A stretch of 64,000 nt of DNA from an uncultured Fibrobacteria bacterium (GTDB lineage: Bacteria > Fibrobacterota > Fibrobacteria > UBA11236). The stretch lies in the NCBI GenBank assembly GCA_963716395.1, contig OY970309.1, forward strand, positions 1,876,402 through 1,940,401, given 5' to 3'. A program made the translations under genes and the position numbers. This document shows, in pieces, positions 1 to 9,966 of this stretch; within the stretch, counting starts at the first letter, position 1, and every line of letters begins with the position of its first letter. A model generated the notes under the pieces. The model made no database searches. It was not told where the DNA came from and saw only the letters and a list, made by a program, of their open reading frames with translations.

Positions 1-1640
1 GCGGAGGCGAACGCTTCGAGCGTTTCCGCAACCTGTACCGCGGCTTTTTGGAGCGCGTGGTCGACCGGCCCCTTCTCGTCGGGCTGTTCTGCTTTCTGTT
101 CGTGGCCCTGGGCATCATGGCCTATGGAAAATTCGGCACCGGCGTGACGTTCTTTCCCAATATCGAGCCCGACGTCGTGGCCGCCGAAATCACCGGGCCC
201 CTGGGCATCGACATCGCTTCGACCGATTCGGCGCTCAAAACCATCGAGGCCAAACTGTTCACCATGCCCAAGAGCGTGGCCGACGTCGACAACTATTCGG
301 CCGTGGTGGGTTTCAACAAAGTCGACGAGGGCGCGGGCGACCGCCGCCCGGCGTCGCATTACGGTTATGTCGACGTGAGTTTCGCCGATTACGATAAGCG
401 CAAGGTCAGTTCCTGGAAATCGATGCAATGGATGCAAGACAGCGTGCCCAAGGTGCTGCCCGGGTGGAAGGTGGCCATCAAGCAGCAGCAAAACGGTCCG
501 CCGCAGGGCTATCCGGTTTCTTTCGAGGTGTCGGGGAACGACTTCGACCAGTTGGCGCAAATCGCCGAGCAGGTGAAAGCGAAATTGGCCAAGGTGCCAG
601 GGCTCATCAATATCGACTGGGATTACGATCCCGTGCGGCCCGAACTTTCGGTGCAGGTCGATCGCGATCAGGCCGAACGCCTGGGCATCAGCACCAGTGA
701 AATCGCCCTGGCCGTGCGTGGCGCCATTTACGGGTATCAGGCCGCCAAATACAGGGTGGGCAAGGATGAAGACGACGTCATGGTGCGGCTCAATCCTGCC
801 ACCCGCGAAAACTTTTCTGGATTGGACCAGATCACCATTGCGCATGAGGGCGCCTTGATTCCGCTTACATCGGTGGCGCATATCACGCAGAAGGCCAGCC
901 TGGCCAGCATCCGCCACCTCGACAGCAAACGCACGATTCAAGTGTGGGCCGAACTCGCGGCCGGTGTGCGCGACGAATCCAAACCCAAGGCCGCGGCCCT
1001 GGCCGCGGTGAAAGACATTCCCGTGCCGCCGGGCTACACCTTGGAAACCGGCAGCAGCAACCGCGATCAGGACGAATCGCAGGCCTTTCTGGAAAAGGCC
1101 TTCTTGATCGCGGTGGCGCTGGTGGTGCTTACCATGGTGGCGCAGTTCAATTCCATCGCGCAGCCGTTCTTCGTCTTCATCAGCATTCTCCTTTCGTTGG
1201 GCGGCGTGTTTTGGGGATTGTTGTTCATGCACGTGACCTTTTCGATTCTCATGACCGGCATCGGCATCATCGCCTTGGCGGGCGTGGTGGCCAAGAACGG
1301 CATCGTGCTCATCGACTTCATCAATCGCTTGCGGCACAGCGGCGTGCCCTTGCGCCAGGCGGTGATCGAAGGCGGCGCCACGCGCTTGCGGCCGGTTCTG
1401 CTCACTGCGGTCACGGCCATGATCGGCCTGGTGCCCATGGCCACCGGCGTGGGTTTTGATTTCTTCCACCTGCGGCTCATTCTGCGCTCGCAGAGCTCGC
1501 TGTGGTGGACGCCGATGGCCTGGGCCATATTCTGGGGTCTGTTCTTCAACACCATTTTGACCTTGGTGGTGGTGCCCACCTTGTATCTGGGATGGGAGCG
1601 GCTCAAGGCCAAGATTCTGCGCAAACACATCGTGGTTTAA
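1..1640 (+). CDS. RND efflux transporter permease subunit, C-terminal half (5' end outside window)
   Basis: ORF 48..1640 stays open in frame back to base 3; translation shows AcrB/HAE-type transmembrane segments and tail; the listed start at 48 is only the first TTG. Confidence 0.85.
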   Translation, partial: GGERFERFRNLYRGFLERVVDRPLLVGLFCFLFVALGIMAYGKFGTGVTFFPNIEPDVVAAEITGPLGIDIASTDSALKTIEAKLFTMPKSVADVDNYSAVVGFNKVDEGAGDRRPASHYGYVDVSFADYDKRKVSSWKSMQWMQDSVPKVLPGWKVAIKQQQNGPPQGYPVSFEVSGNDFDQLAQIAEQVKAKLAKVPGLINIDWDYDPVRPELSVQVDRDQAERLGISTSEIALAVRGAIYGYQAAKYRVGKDEDDVMVRLNPATRENFSGLDQITIAHEGALIPLTSVAHITQKASLASIRHLDSKRTIQVWAELAAGVRDESKPKAAALAAVKDIPVPPGYTLETGSSNRDQDESQAFLEKAFLIAVALVVLTMVAQFNSIAQPFFVFISILLSLGGVFWGLLFMHVTFSILMTGIGIIALAGVVAKNGIVLIDFINRLRHSGVPLRQAVIEGGATRLRPVLLTAVTAMIGLVPMATGVGFDFFHLRLILRSQSSLWWTPMAWAIFWGLFFNTILTLVVVPTLYLGWERLKAKILRKHIVV

Positions 1641-1670
1641 AAAAACGGCGGAGCTTTCGCCCCGCCGTTG
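1641..1670 (-). terminator. Rho-independent terminator downstream of ahpC (minus strand)
   Basis: Inverted repeat ACGGCGG...CCGCCGT with a 6-nt loop; on the minus strand it is followed by a T-run (plus-strand A-run about 1636-1643); sits between convergent RND and ahpC stops. Confidence 0.5.
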
Positions 1671-1696
1671 CGACGTCCCAAAAAACGGGCCCGGAT

Positions 1697-2287
1697 TCAG
1701 GCCGCGTGGCGCGCGAGATAGGCTCCCACCGATTCGCGGTTTTCACGCAGGGCGTCTTCGCCCGGATGCCAGTTGGCCGGGCAGACTTCGCCGTTCTCTT
1801 CGTAGAATTGCAACGCGTCGAGAATGCGCAGGGCTTCGTCTACGCTGCGGCCCAGGGGCAAATCGTTGATCAGGGCATGCCGCACGATTCCGGCCTGGTC
1901 GATGAGAAACAAGCCGCGCAACGCCACTTCTTCGTTCAAGAGCACGCCGTATTGGCGCGCGATGGACTTGCTCAAGTCGGCCACCACGGGATGTCCGATG
2001 GCGCCGATGCCGCCTTGAACCACGGGTATATTCCGCCACGCTGCCAAGGTGTGCTGCGAATCCACCGACACGCCGATCACCTCGCAGCCGCGCGCCTGAA
2101 AATCCTTGAGCCGCTTGTCGAAGGCCAGGATTTCCGTGGGGCAGACGAAGGTGAACGCCAGCGGAAAGAAATACAGAATAACGTGCTTTCCCCGGTACGC
2201 GGCCAGATCGACTTCACCCAGCGATCCGTCGGGTAGGACCGCCTTGGCCTTAAAGGCCGGTGCGGGTTGGGTGACGAGGGTGTTCAT
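1697..2287 (-). CDS. ahpC: Peroxiredoxin (AhpC/2-Cys Prx family)
   Basis: 196 aa; FFPLAFTFVCPTEI peroxidatic-Cys motif and resolving Cys near C-terminus (EVCPANW). Confidence 0.9.
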   Translation of the reverse strand: MNTLVTQPAPAFKAKAVLPDGSLGEVDLAAYRGKHVILYFFPLAFTFVCPTEILAFDKRLKDFQARGCEVIGVSVDSQHTLAAWRNIPVVQGGIGAIGHPVVADLSKSIARQYGVLLNEEVALRGLFLIDQAGIVRHALINDLPLGRSVDEALRILDALQFYEENGEVCPANWHPGEDALRENRESVGAYLARHAA

Positions 2288-2313
2288 GGTGTTCTCCTTG
2301 GTTGATGTGATTC

Positions 2314-2802
2314 TTATTCCTCCAGCAGGCTGCGAAGCATCCAGGCGGTTTTTTCATGCACCTGTAACCGCTGGGTCAACAAATCCATGGTGGCCTGGTC
2401 GCCGGCTTTTTCCGCGGCGGGAAAAACCTCGCGCACGGTTTTGGCCACGGTTTCATGCCCTTTGACGAGCGAGCGGATCATGTCGACGGCCTTGGGCACG
2501 CCGTCTTCTTCGGCGATGGCGGTCAATTTTGCAAAGGCCGCATAGGTGGCCGGGGCCGGATGGCCCAGGGCGCGGATGCGCTCGGCTACGAGATCGACGG
2601 CCAGCGCCAATTCATTGTAATGCTGCTCGAACATGAGGTGCAGGGTTTGGAACATGGGACCGACGACGTTCCAGTGGAAGTTGTGCGTCTTCAAATACAG
2701 GGTATAAGTGTCGGCCAGCACGCGGGACAAACCTTGCGCCACCTGGCGGCGATCGGATTCGGTGATGCCGATTTCAATGGAAGCATGGGATGGGGAATTC
2801 AT
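2314..2802 (-). CDS. dps: Dps (DNA-binding ferritin-like protein)
   Basis: ORF 2314..2985; start placed at internal Met 62 ([12 protein letters not shown]...); ferritin-like Dps motifs ([16 protein letters not shown]); start overlaps the perR stop as ATGA. Confidence 0.9.
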   Translation of the reverse strand: MNSPSHASIEIGITESDRRQVAQGLSRVLADTYTLYLKTHNFHWNVVGPMFQTLHLMFEQHYNELALAVDLVAERIRALGHPAPATYAAFAKLTAIAEEDGVPKAVDMIRSLVKGHETVAKTVREVFPAAEKAGDQATMDLLTQRLQVHEKTAWMLRSLLEE

Positions 2803-3245
2803 GGGCGGATCTCCTTGTGTTGAGAGGTGAAGGTGCGTTGCTTTAAAGTACGTTCCCCCCGCCGGCATTCGGAACACAAACCGATGACGCGCACCGATAC
2901 CTCTTCGGCCTGGAAGTGGGCGAGTCGCGGCAGTTTGGCCGCAGCCAGGCGGCCGAGCACATCGGCGTCTTCGATGCGGCCGCATCGGCGGCAGATCAGG
3001 TGGTCGTGCCGCGCCAGCATGCCGTCGTAGCGTACGCCTTCTTCTTCCGAACCCACGCGCCGGATCGTGCCGGCCGCCAGCAGAAAATTCAACGAGTTGT
3101 ACACCGTGGCCACGCTCAGGCCCGGGTCTTTTTTCGCCACGCGGTCGAACACCTGCCGCGCCGTGGGGTGGTCATGGCTGGCGCGTACCACGTCGAGCAC
3201 GGTGCGCCGATGCGGGGTCAGGGTGTGCGAGGTCGGAGGGGTCAT
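2799..3245 (-). CDS. Fur-family transcriptional regulator, probably PerR-like peroxide sensor
   Basis: 148 aa with [10 protein letters not shown]...CSECRRG metal-binding motifs; operonic with dps and ahpC; palindromic operator immediately upstream. Confidence 0.85.
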   Translation of the reverse strand: MTPPTSHTLTPHRRTVLDVVRASHDHPTARQVFDRVAKKDPGLSVATVYNSLNFLLAAGTIRRVGSEEEGVRYDGMLARHDHLICRRCGRIEDADVLGRLAAAKLPRLAHFQAEEVSVRVIGLCSECRRGERTLKQRTFTSQHKEIRP

Positions 3246-3253
3246 GGGGAGAA

Positions 3254-3276
3254 TTTATAATTATTCTAATTATAAG
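3254..3276. promoter_or_regulatory. Fur/PerR-type operator overlapping the perR promoter
   Basis: Perfect AT-rich palindrome TATAATTA-TTC-TAATTATA about 10 bp upstream of the perR start codon; resembles PerR/Fur box half-sites TTATAAT/ATTATAA. Confidence 0.6.
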
Positions 3277-3296
3277 TCAAGCGCACTCCGGCGGCC

Positions 3297-4286
3297 TCAG
3301 GGTTTTCCGGGATGCCGTCCCTCCGGCAGATAGTGCGCCAACCAGTGCACCACGATTTTGGTGGCCAAAACGGCTCCGGCGGCATTGACATGCCCGGGGT
3401 CTTTGTAAAGACCCGCATCGTCGTCGTGCCATGCCGGCAGTCCGTAAAAGTCCAGGTAGGGAACGCCATACCGTTCCAGCACGCTATCCACGGATTGGGC
3501 CACGTATTCCAGGCTCCCGTCGTTCCGGAACTCGGGAGCGGTGAAGGCCGCCAGGAAGACGCCCTGACTTTTCAAACGTCCGGCCAAATCCGACAACATC
3601 TGCAAATGCGATCGGGAGACGGGAAAAGCGCTGCGGGGAAAATAGGGATGCCGTTTTTCGGACTTGCGTTCCAGCCGGATCACTCGCAGCGAATCTCCCG
3701 GTTCCGCCGCAAACGCGCTGAACCCGTGGGAGGTGTCCGGGAGCGGATGCAACCAATCCCGCAGCAGGTAAAAAAACTGGCCGTTGAACGGGTACAGGGC
3801 GGATAAGAATTTAAGCCGATCCAGCAGGGGCCATTCCCGCGCCTGGCGATCCACCCAGTTTCCCCGGCGCCACAGAGTGCGCAAAAAACGCCGGTCGTGC
3901 AGGGTATCGGCGTCGGCGTTCTTATCGGGGAGGAAGGCTTCCAGATCCAATTCCAACAGCACCGCGGGCGGTAACCGGCCCGCTTCCTCGATCAGCCCCA
4001 ACACGCCGTTGGCCCAATAAATTTCGTATCCGGCGTGCCCGAGATTATAGGTCGGGTAGGGAAAAAATTCGGGATCCACCGTATATTCCATGCGGCTGCT
4101 TCCCACCAGCAGCAGATACGGACGGACCCGACCCTGCAACACGTTTTGAATCCGGCCGCCATGGTCGCCGCTTCGGGTCAACCTTTGGATGCGGCGGAAG
4201 CCAAAGACGAGCAGACGATCGCATAGCAGGAGCGACCCGCCCAGCAGGGTCAGGAAAAAAAATACGCGCCGTTTTTCCCGGTTCAT
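3297..4286 (-). CDS. AlgJ/DltD/PatB-like periplasmic O-acetylation partner protein (putative)
   Basis: 329 aa with N-terminal signal anchor; directly downstream of and co-oriented with the MBOAT gene (10-bp gap); family assignment is by context. Confidence 0.5.
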   Translation of the reverse strand: MNREKRRVFFFLTLLGGSLLLCDRLLVFGFRRIQRLTRSGDHGGRIQNVLQGRVRPYLLLVGSSRMEYTVDPEFFPYPTYNLGHAGYEIYWANGVLGLIEEAGRLPPAVLLELDLEAFLPDKNADADTLHDRRFLRTLWRRGNWVDRQAREWPLLDRLKFLSALYPFNGQFFYLLRDWLHPLPDTSHGFSAFAAEPGDSLRVIRLERKSEKRHPYFPRSAFPVSRSHLQMLSDLAGRLKSQGVFLAAFTAPEFRNDGSLEYVAQSVDSVLERYGVPYLDFYGLPAWHDDDAGLYKDPGHVNAAGAVLATKIVVHWLAHYLPEGRHPGKP

Positions 4287-4296
4287 CGGCCGCGCC

Positions 4297-5778
4297 TTAG
4301 AATTTGAAATAAATGAAAGCGCCGCCGTGTTCGACGCCCAGAAGGAGTACGGCCAGCGCGAAAAACGCGTTTAAAGCCAGTGGAAATTTCCATTGAAAAC
4401 GGGATGATGGTGCGGCTTTTCCGGTCGGCACGAAGAGCGCGGCGAAGCCTTGGGAGGAGGAGGGGAAACGCCGCAGCCATACCGCTTCAAAGCCCAACAT
4501 CAAGAGCAACTGCGGCAAGGCGCTCACCAAAGAGGTTTTATGCAGGATGTGCAGGTGCAGTAAGGACGCGGGATGGGCGATGCGGGAGAAAATGAGCAGA
4601 GCTTCCCTCAATCCGCCGGCACGAAAAAGAATCCACCCCAGGCATACCACATGGAAGGTCAGAAAAATGCGCAGCGCCTGGAAGCAACGTCCCCGGAAAC
4701 CCGGGGTATGGCTCCCCTTCTCCAGAAATTTTAGGGGTAAAAATTTTTCCCGCGACAGCCAAAGGGCGTGCCAAGCGCCCCACAAAATGAAGGTCCAGGC
4801 CGCCCCGTGCCAAAGTCCCGCCAGCAACATCGTCACACACAAGTTACGTAAGGTGGCGATCTTTCCGGCCCGGTTGCCGCCCAGGGGGATGTATAAATAA
4901 TCGCGCATCAAGGTCGACAGCGAGATATGCCACCGCCGCCAGAAATCCGTCAGGGTTTCCGCGAAGTAGGGGAAGCGGAAATTTTCGCGTACTTCCACGC
5001 CCAGCATCCGCGCCGTTCCCAGCGCGATGTCCGAATATCCCGAGAAGTCGCAGTAGATCTGGAAGGCAAAGAGGTACACCGTCAGCAGCAAGGTTCCGCC
5101 TCCGAATTCCCCGGGCGAAGCAAAGGCCCAATTGACGTGCAAGGCCAGAGCGTCGGCGATGACGACCTTTTTCCACAGGCCGAACAGGGCCTGTGTCAAG
5201 CCGCCCAGAAACCGGGATGCGTTGAGTGGCGGCGCCGGGCGGTGAAATTGGGGCAGTAAGGTCGAAGCCCGCTCAATGGGCCCGGCCACGAGCAGCGGAA
5301 AGAAACAGACATACAACGCATAATGCGGAAAACTTTTTTCCACCGGCACGCGGCCGCGGTAGACATCGACGACATAGGCGATGGAATGAAAGGTGTAGAA
5401 GGAAATTCCCAAGGGCAGAATCCAATGCCAGATCGGGAACGCACGATGCAAATGCAGGGCCCGGAGGCCGACGTTGAGGCTCGCCGCCCCGAACGCCTCA
5501 TATTTGAAGAGGGCCAAGATGGAAAGATTTGCGGTGATGCCGGCCGTCAGCAAAAAACGGCGCGCCGCGGGATGCTTTTGTTGCGACAGCAGGCGCCCTA
5601 CGGTATAGTCGAACAGGGTATTGCCCAGCAGCAAAAACAGGAAAACCGGTTTCCACCAGGCGTAAAAGATCCAACTGGCGAGCAGCAAAATCGGAATGCG
5701 CCAACGATCTCCGCCCACCGAGCAGAGGATCAAAACGATTACAAAGAAAATCGGGAAGTCGAGGGACGCGAAGGTCAT
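4297..5778 (-). CDS. MBOAT family membrane-bound O-acyltransferase (AlgI/DltB/PatA-like)
   Basis: ORF 4297..5928; start placed at Met 51 (MTFASLDFPIFFVIV...); polytopic; conserved MBOAT His region (GLWHGAAWTFILWGAWH). Confidence 0.85.
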   Translation of the reverse strand: MTFASLDFPIFFVIVLILCSVGGDRWRIPILLLASWIFYAWWKPVFLFLLLGNTLFDYTVGRLLSQQKHPAARRFLLTAGITANLSILALFKYEAFGAASLNVGLRALHLHRAFPIWHWILPLGISFYTFHSIAYVVDVYRGRVPVEKSFPHYALYVCFFPLLVAGPIERASTLLPQFHRPAPPLNASRFLGGLTQALFGLWKKVVIADALALHVNWAFASPGEFGGGTLLLTVYLFAFQIYCDFSGYSDIALGTARMLGVEVRENFRFPYFAETLTDFWRRWHISLSTLMRDYLYIPLGGNRAGKIATLRNLCVTMLLAGLWHGAAWTFILWGAWHALWLSREKFLPLKFLEKGSHTPGFRGRCFQALRIFLTFHVVCLGWILFRAGGLREALLIFSRIAHPASLLHLHILHKTSLVSALPQLLLMLGFEAVWLRRFPSSSQGFAALFVPTGKAAPSSRFQWKFPLALNAFFALAVLLLGVEHGGAFIYFKF

Positions 5779-6108
5779 GGAATCCCGATCTAACGGATTT
5801 TGGCGAAACTTTCCATGCATACCGGAATTCGCTGTGCCTGCAATAATAAAACCGCGCGGAATCGAAGCCGATGTCGTGAGCTTCGCACCGGCGCCGAATC
5901 GGTGCGGGTTTTTCCGGGGGCTATCCACCCATCAGCCTTGGCTCTGGATTCACCACTGGAAAATTCTCCGTGCATGGCCCCGGAATCGGCGCTGCGCATT
6001 TTTACACTTTTCCAGGAAGAACGGCATGCCACAATTTTCGCTTTCCCATCCGGGTTCGCATCCGCCGGCTCCGGCGGTCCCGACGCGCAAGAAGACGCTC
6101 CCTTCGGC

Positions 6109-9100
6109 ATGAAACCGCGCGCCTTCAAACGCCAGCCGCGTTGGTATCTCGACGCCGTCATTTACCAGGTGCATGTCAAAAGCTTTTTCGACGGCAACGA
6201 AGACGGTTCGGGCGATCTGCCCGGTCTGATCCAAAAACTTGATTACATCCGCGAGCTGGGCGTGACGGCTTTGTGGTTGTTGCCGTTCTACCCGAGCCCG
6301 TTGCGCGACGACGGCTACGACATTTCCGACTACATGGGCGTACACCCGACCTACGGCACGCTCGACGACTTCCGCACTTTGCTGCAAGAGGCGCATGCCC
6401 GCGGCATCTACGTCATCACCGAACTGGTGATCAACCACACTTCGGATCAGCATCCCTGGTTCCAGCGCGCCCGAGTCGCGGCGCCGGGATCGACCGAGCG
6501 CGATTTCTACGTGTGGAGCGACGATCCCGAACGCTACCAGGACGCGCGCATCATCTTCAAGGATTTCGAACCGTCGAACTGGACCTGGGATTCCATCGGC
6601 AACGCCTATTACTGGCATCGCTTCTACAGCCACCAGCCCGATCTCAATTTCGACAGCCCGGCCGTGCACGAGGCCGTGCTGCAGGTGCTGGATTTCTGGC
6701 TGGGCATGGGCGTCGACGGCCTGCGGCTCGACGCCGTGCCTTACCTGTATGAACGCGAAGGCACCTCGTGCGAAAACCTGCCCGAGACGCACGCCTTTCT
6801 GCGCAAGCTCTCGGCCTATGTGCGCAAGCATTACGATGAGCGCATGCTCCTGGCCGAGGCCAACCAATGGCCCGAAGATGCGGCCGCGTATTTCGGCAAG
6901 GGCGACGAGTGCCAAATGGCCTTCCACTTTCCTCTCATGCCGCGGCTGTACATGGCCGTAGCCATGGAAGACCGCTTTCCCATCGTCGACATTCTCGAAC
7001 AGACGCCGCAGCTTCCCGAAGGCTGCCAATGGGCGATCTTTTTGCGCAACCACGACGAGCTGACGCTGGAAATGCTCACCGACGAAGAGCGCGACTACAT
7101 GGTGCGCGTGTATGCGCACGACCGCCGCGCGCGCATCAACCTCGGCATCCGCCGCCGGCTGGCGCCGCTCATGGCCAACAACCGCCGCAAGCTCGAACTG
7201 CTCAACAACCTGCTGCTCTCGCTGCCGGGCGCGCCGATTCTGTATTACGGCGACGAGATCGGCATGGGCGACAACTTCTACCTCGGCGACCGCAACGGCG
7301 TACGCACGCCCATGCAATGGAGTCCGGATCGCAATGCGGGGTTTTCCCGCGCCAATTCGCAGCGCCTGTTTCTGCCGGTTATCATCGATCCCGAATACCA
7401 TTACGAAACCGTCAACGTGGAAAACCAGGAGCACAACCCGAGTTCCCTGCTCTGGTGGCTGCGGCGGCGCATCGCCCTGCGCAACCGGCACGCCGTGTTC
7501 AGCCGCGGCGAAACGGTGTTCCTGGCTTCGGACAACGTGCGCGTGCTGGCCTTTTTGCGCCGCGCCCACGACGACGCGGTGCTCGTGGTCGCCAATCTTT
7601 CCGAGCACCCGCAGACCGCGGCGCTGGGTCTGGCCGAATGGGCCGGCAGCCGGCCCATCGAATTGACGGGGCAGACGCCGTTTCCGGCCGTCGAGGCCGA
7701 TCCGTATCGCGTCATGCTGGGATCTTACGACGTGATTTGGCTCAAGCTCTCGGCGCCGGGCGAAGCGGTCGAGCCCGATCGCTTCCAGATCCGTTCCCTG
7801 CCGCCGGCACGGAATTGGCGCGACCTGCTGCATCCTTCGCGCATCGATTTGTGGCAGTCGGCGCTGCCGTTGTGGCTTTCGAAATCCGGCCTGGCCGAAG
7901 CCAGCCTTGAACCTGTCTGCCATTTCGCCTTGCCCGGCCTGCCGCCCGAGTCGGCGGCTTTGGTGTTGGCGCGCAATACCTCGGCGCAGGGAAACGGAAG
8001 CTGGATGGCGTTGCCGCTCATGTTCGTCGAGGCCGCGGCGTCGCCGCCGCCTCCGGCGGCCGTGGTGGCGCGGGTACAGAACGGCAGCAAAAGCGGATGG
8101 CTTTGCGATGCGGCCTCGCATCCCGACGGCGCGGCCGCGTTGGCGCGCATGCTCATCACACCCTCCAGTTTGCAGGGGCCGCACGGTGTTTTAAAAGCCT
8201 GGTCGCCCCACCCGCTCGCCGACGTACCCGAGGATTTGAATCTGCGCACCGTGCCCTTGGCCGAAAATTCATCGCGCAGCGCCACGATTTCGTTTCAGGA
8301 TTTCGGCGTGCTCAAGTGGTTTCGCCAATTGCCCGAAGGCGTGCATCCCGATCCCGAAATCACCTTGTTTCTCGGCGAATGGGCGCATTTCGAAGGCGCG
8401 CCCCGCGTGCTGGGCATGCTCGAATGGCAGCCCGAAGGCGGCGAGACCTGTACCGTGGCCTATTTGCAGCAATGGGTGCGCGCGGATCGCAGCGCCTGGG
8501 ATTTGTTCTGCGACGTGCTGGCCAAAGCCATTGAGTCGGTCGAAGTCGACGGCCGCCTGTGGAGCCAGCCTCCGGCCCTGGGTAATTATGCGCGTCCATC
8601 CGATTTCGAAACCTGGGCCGAACCTTTGCAGGAGGCCCTGGGCGGACATGTGCGGGAATTTCTGATTCTCCTCGGCGAACGCGTGGCGGCCTTGCATCTG
8701 GCGTTGGCTTCGGATTCGGACGTGCCCGAATTCGAACCCGAACCGTTCACCTGGCATTACCAGCAGGCGGCGTTCCAGGCGATTCGCAGCCTGATGAACC
8801 GGCATTACTCGCGCTTGCAATACGCCGCGACCCATTGGGAGGCGCCACTGCGCGAGCTCGCGCAGGAAGTGCTGGAGGGCCGCGACGCCGTGCTGGCCCG
8901 CATCCGCCCGCTGCGCGAGCGGAAAATCGAAACCTCCAAGATCCGCATCCACGGCAACCTGACCTTGTCGCAAATCCTGTTCACCGGCAAAGACTTCGTT
9001 TTGCAGGCGTTCGAAGGCGACCCGCACTTCACGCCCGAAGAACGCCGGCACAAATACTCGGCGCTGCGCGATGTGGCCACCTTGATTCGGTCGTTTCAGG

Positions 9101-9393
9101 CCGCCGCCGAGGTCGCAGGACGGCGCCATACCGAGCAGCGCAGCGGCGACTTCGGAACCCACCATCATTGGGCGCGCGTGCTGGGCCAATTGGCGGCGGG
9201 CGTGTGTTATCGCGCCTATCTCGGGCGCGCCGCGCACGCTCCCTTTCTGCCGGCGACGGAAGAGGACCGGAACCTTTTGCTCGAAGCCTTTTTGCTCGAG
9301 AAGGCGTTGCATGAGTTGGGCCGCGCCCTGGACGCCAGCCCCGAAGCGCAGTCCTCGGCCTTGCGCGGGCTGATCGCGCTGCAATCGAGATAA
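6109..9393 (+). CDS. treS: Trehalose synthase (maltose alpha-D-glucosyltransferase) fused to a C-terminal maltokinase-like domain
   Basis: ORF 5800..9393; start placed at Met 104 (MKPRAFKRQPRWYLDAVIYQVHVKSFFD...), the conserved TreS N-terminus; GH13 motifs (LRLDAVPYLYEREGTSCENLPETH); C-terminal ~450 aa carry a kinase-like loop (RIHGNLTLSQILF...DFVLQAFEGDP). Confidence 0.85.
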   Translation: MKPRAFKRQPRWYLDAVIYQVHVKSFFDGNEDGSGDLPGLIQKLDYIRELGVTALWLLPFYPSPLRDDGYDISDYMGVHPTYGTLDDFRTLLQEAHARGIYVITELVINHTSDQHPWFQRARVAAPGSTERDFYVWSDDPERYQDARIIFKDFEPSNWTWDSIGNAYYWHRFYSHQPDLNFDSPAVHEAVLQVLDFWLGMGVDGLRLDAVPYLYEREGTSCENLPETHAFLRKLSAYVRKHYDERMLLAEANQWPEDAAAYFGKGDECQMAFHFPLMPRLYMAVAMEDRFPIVDILEQTPQLPEGCQWAIFLRNHDELTLEMLTDEERDYMVRVYAHDRRARINLGIRRRLAPLMANNRRKLELLNNLLLSLPGAPILYYGDEIGMGDNFYLGDRNGVRTPMQWSPDRNAGFSRANSQRLFLPVIIDPEYHYETVNVENQEHNPSSLLWWLRRRIALRNRHAVFSRGETVFLASDNVRVLAFLRRAHDDAVLVVANLSEHPQTAALGLAEWAGSRPIELTGQTPFPAVEADPYRVMLGSYDVIWLKLSAPGEAVEPDRFQIRSLPPARNWRDLLHPSRIDLWQSALPLWLSKSGLAEASLEPVCHFALPGLPPESAALVLARNTSAQGNGSWMALPLMFVEAAASPPPPAAVVARVQNGSKSGWLCDAASHPDGAAALARMLITPSSLQGPHGVLKAWSPHPLADVPEDLNLRTVPLAENSSRSATISFQDFGVLKWFRQLPEGVHPDPEITLFLGEWAHFEGAPRVLGMLEWQPEGGETCTVAYLQQWVRADRSAWDLFCDVLAKAIESVEVDGRLWSQPPALGNYARPSDFETWAEPLQEALGGHVREFLILLGERVAALHLALASDSDVPEFEPEPFTWHYQQAAFQAIRSLMNRHYSRLQYAATHWEAPLRELAQEVLEGRDAVLARIRPLRERKIETSKIRIHGNLTLSQILFTGKDFVLQAFEGDPHFTPEERRHKYSALRDVATLIRSFQAAAEVAGRRHTEQRSGDFGTHHHWARVLGQLAAGVCYRAYLGRAAHAPFLPATEEDRNLLLEAFLLEKALHELGRALDASPEAQSSALRGLIALQSR

Positions 9394-9966
9394 GACACTA
9401 AAGGTCTGTAAAAAAATAACCGCACCATTCGGCCTAAGGTCCATCTCACCCGCCTGTCCACCTCTGGCGGACTCGTCGCTTGCATACTCCCGGTATGCGG
9501 CGCTCCTTGCGCCTGGCCGGGTGGGCGGCTCTTCGTCCTCGGAGTGATGCGCTTATTTCTTTCCGGGCCCTCATCGTGATTTCGCCGTCGCCGCGGAGGC
9601 AGACTTTCACTGCGAAACGCCCTGGTAATTGTTCGTTACAACATCTTTTTGCGAATTTCTTTTTTATAGATTACCGCATTTCAGTATCTGCAAAGCCCCA
9701 TGCGCATTCATCGTTTCGTCTTCTGCCCGATAGCCGGTGTCGTGCGGAGTGTCTGTCATTCGTACGCAGACGCGCGGGCAGCCAAAACGTATGCCGGCAG
9801 AATGTCCGAAACACGGGCCGCCGTGGTGCTCAACCCCGCCAAGGTTTCTTCCGACGCGACCGCGACTGGCGCAGAGCTGACCTATCTGCAGGTCGATGCG
9901 CAAACTGAAATCGCGGGCAAAGTGGGGGAAATGGCTCGGATATTGGGGGGAAGGAACGGTTTTATT

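Noticed and set aside
5800-6108. N-terminal extension of the treS ORF starting at TTG
   Set aside because: The conserved TreS N-terminus begins at Met 104 (MKPRAF...); the extension is low-complexity and would remove the divergent promoter region shared with the MBOAT gene.
5950-8184. 744-aa minus-strand ORF antisense to treS (similar long antisense ORFs at 8269..9444, 10093..11271, 11741..13477, 14084..15403, 41054..42451, 47522..50221 and others)
   Set aside because: Arg/Gly/Pro/Ala-rich low-complexity translations lying entirely inside strongly supported genes on the other strand; typical stop-codon-poor artefacts of high-GC DNA.
9480-9908. 142-aa ORF in the efflux operon leader
   Set aside because: Arg/Ser-rich with no recognisable domain; more likely non-coding leader. 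The open OMF frame upstream of the lipoprotein signal peptide (from 9700) is also treated as leader rather than coding.
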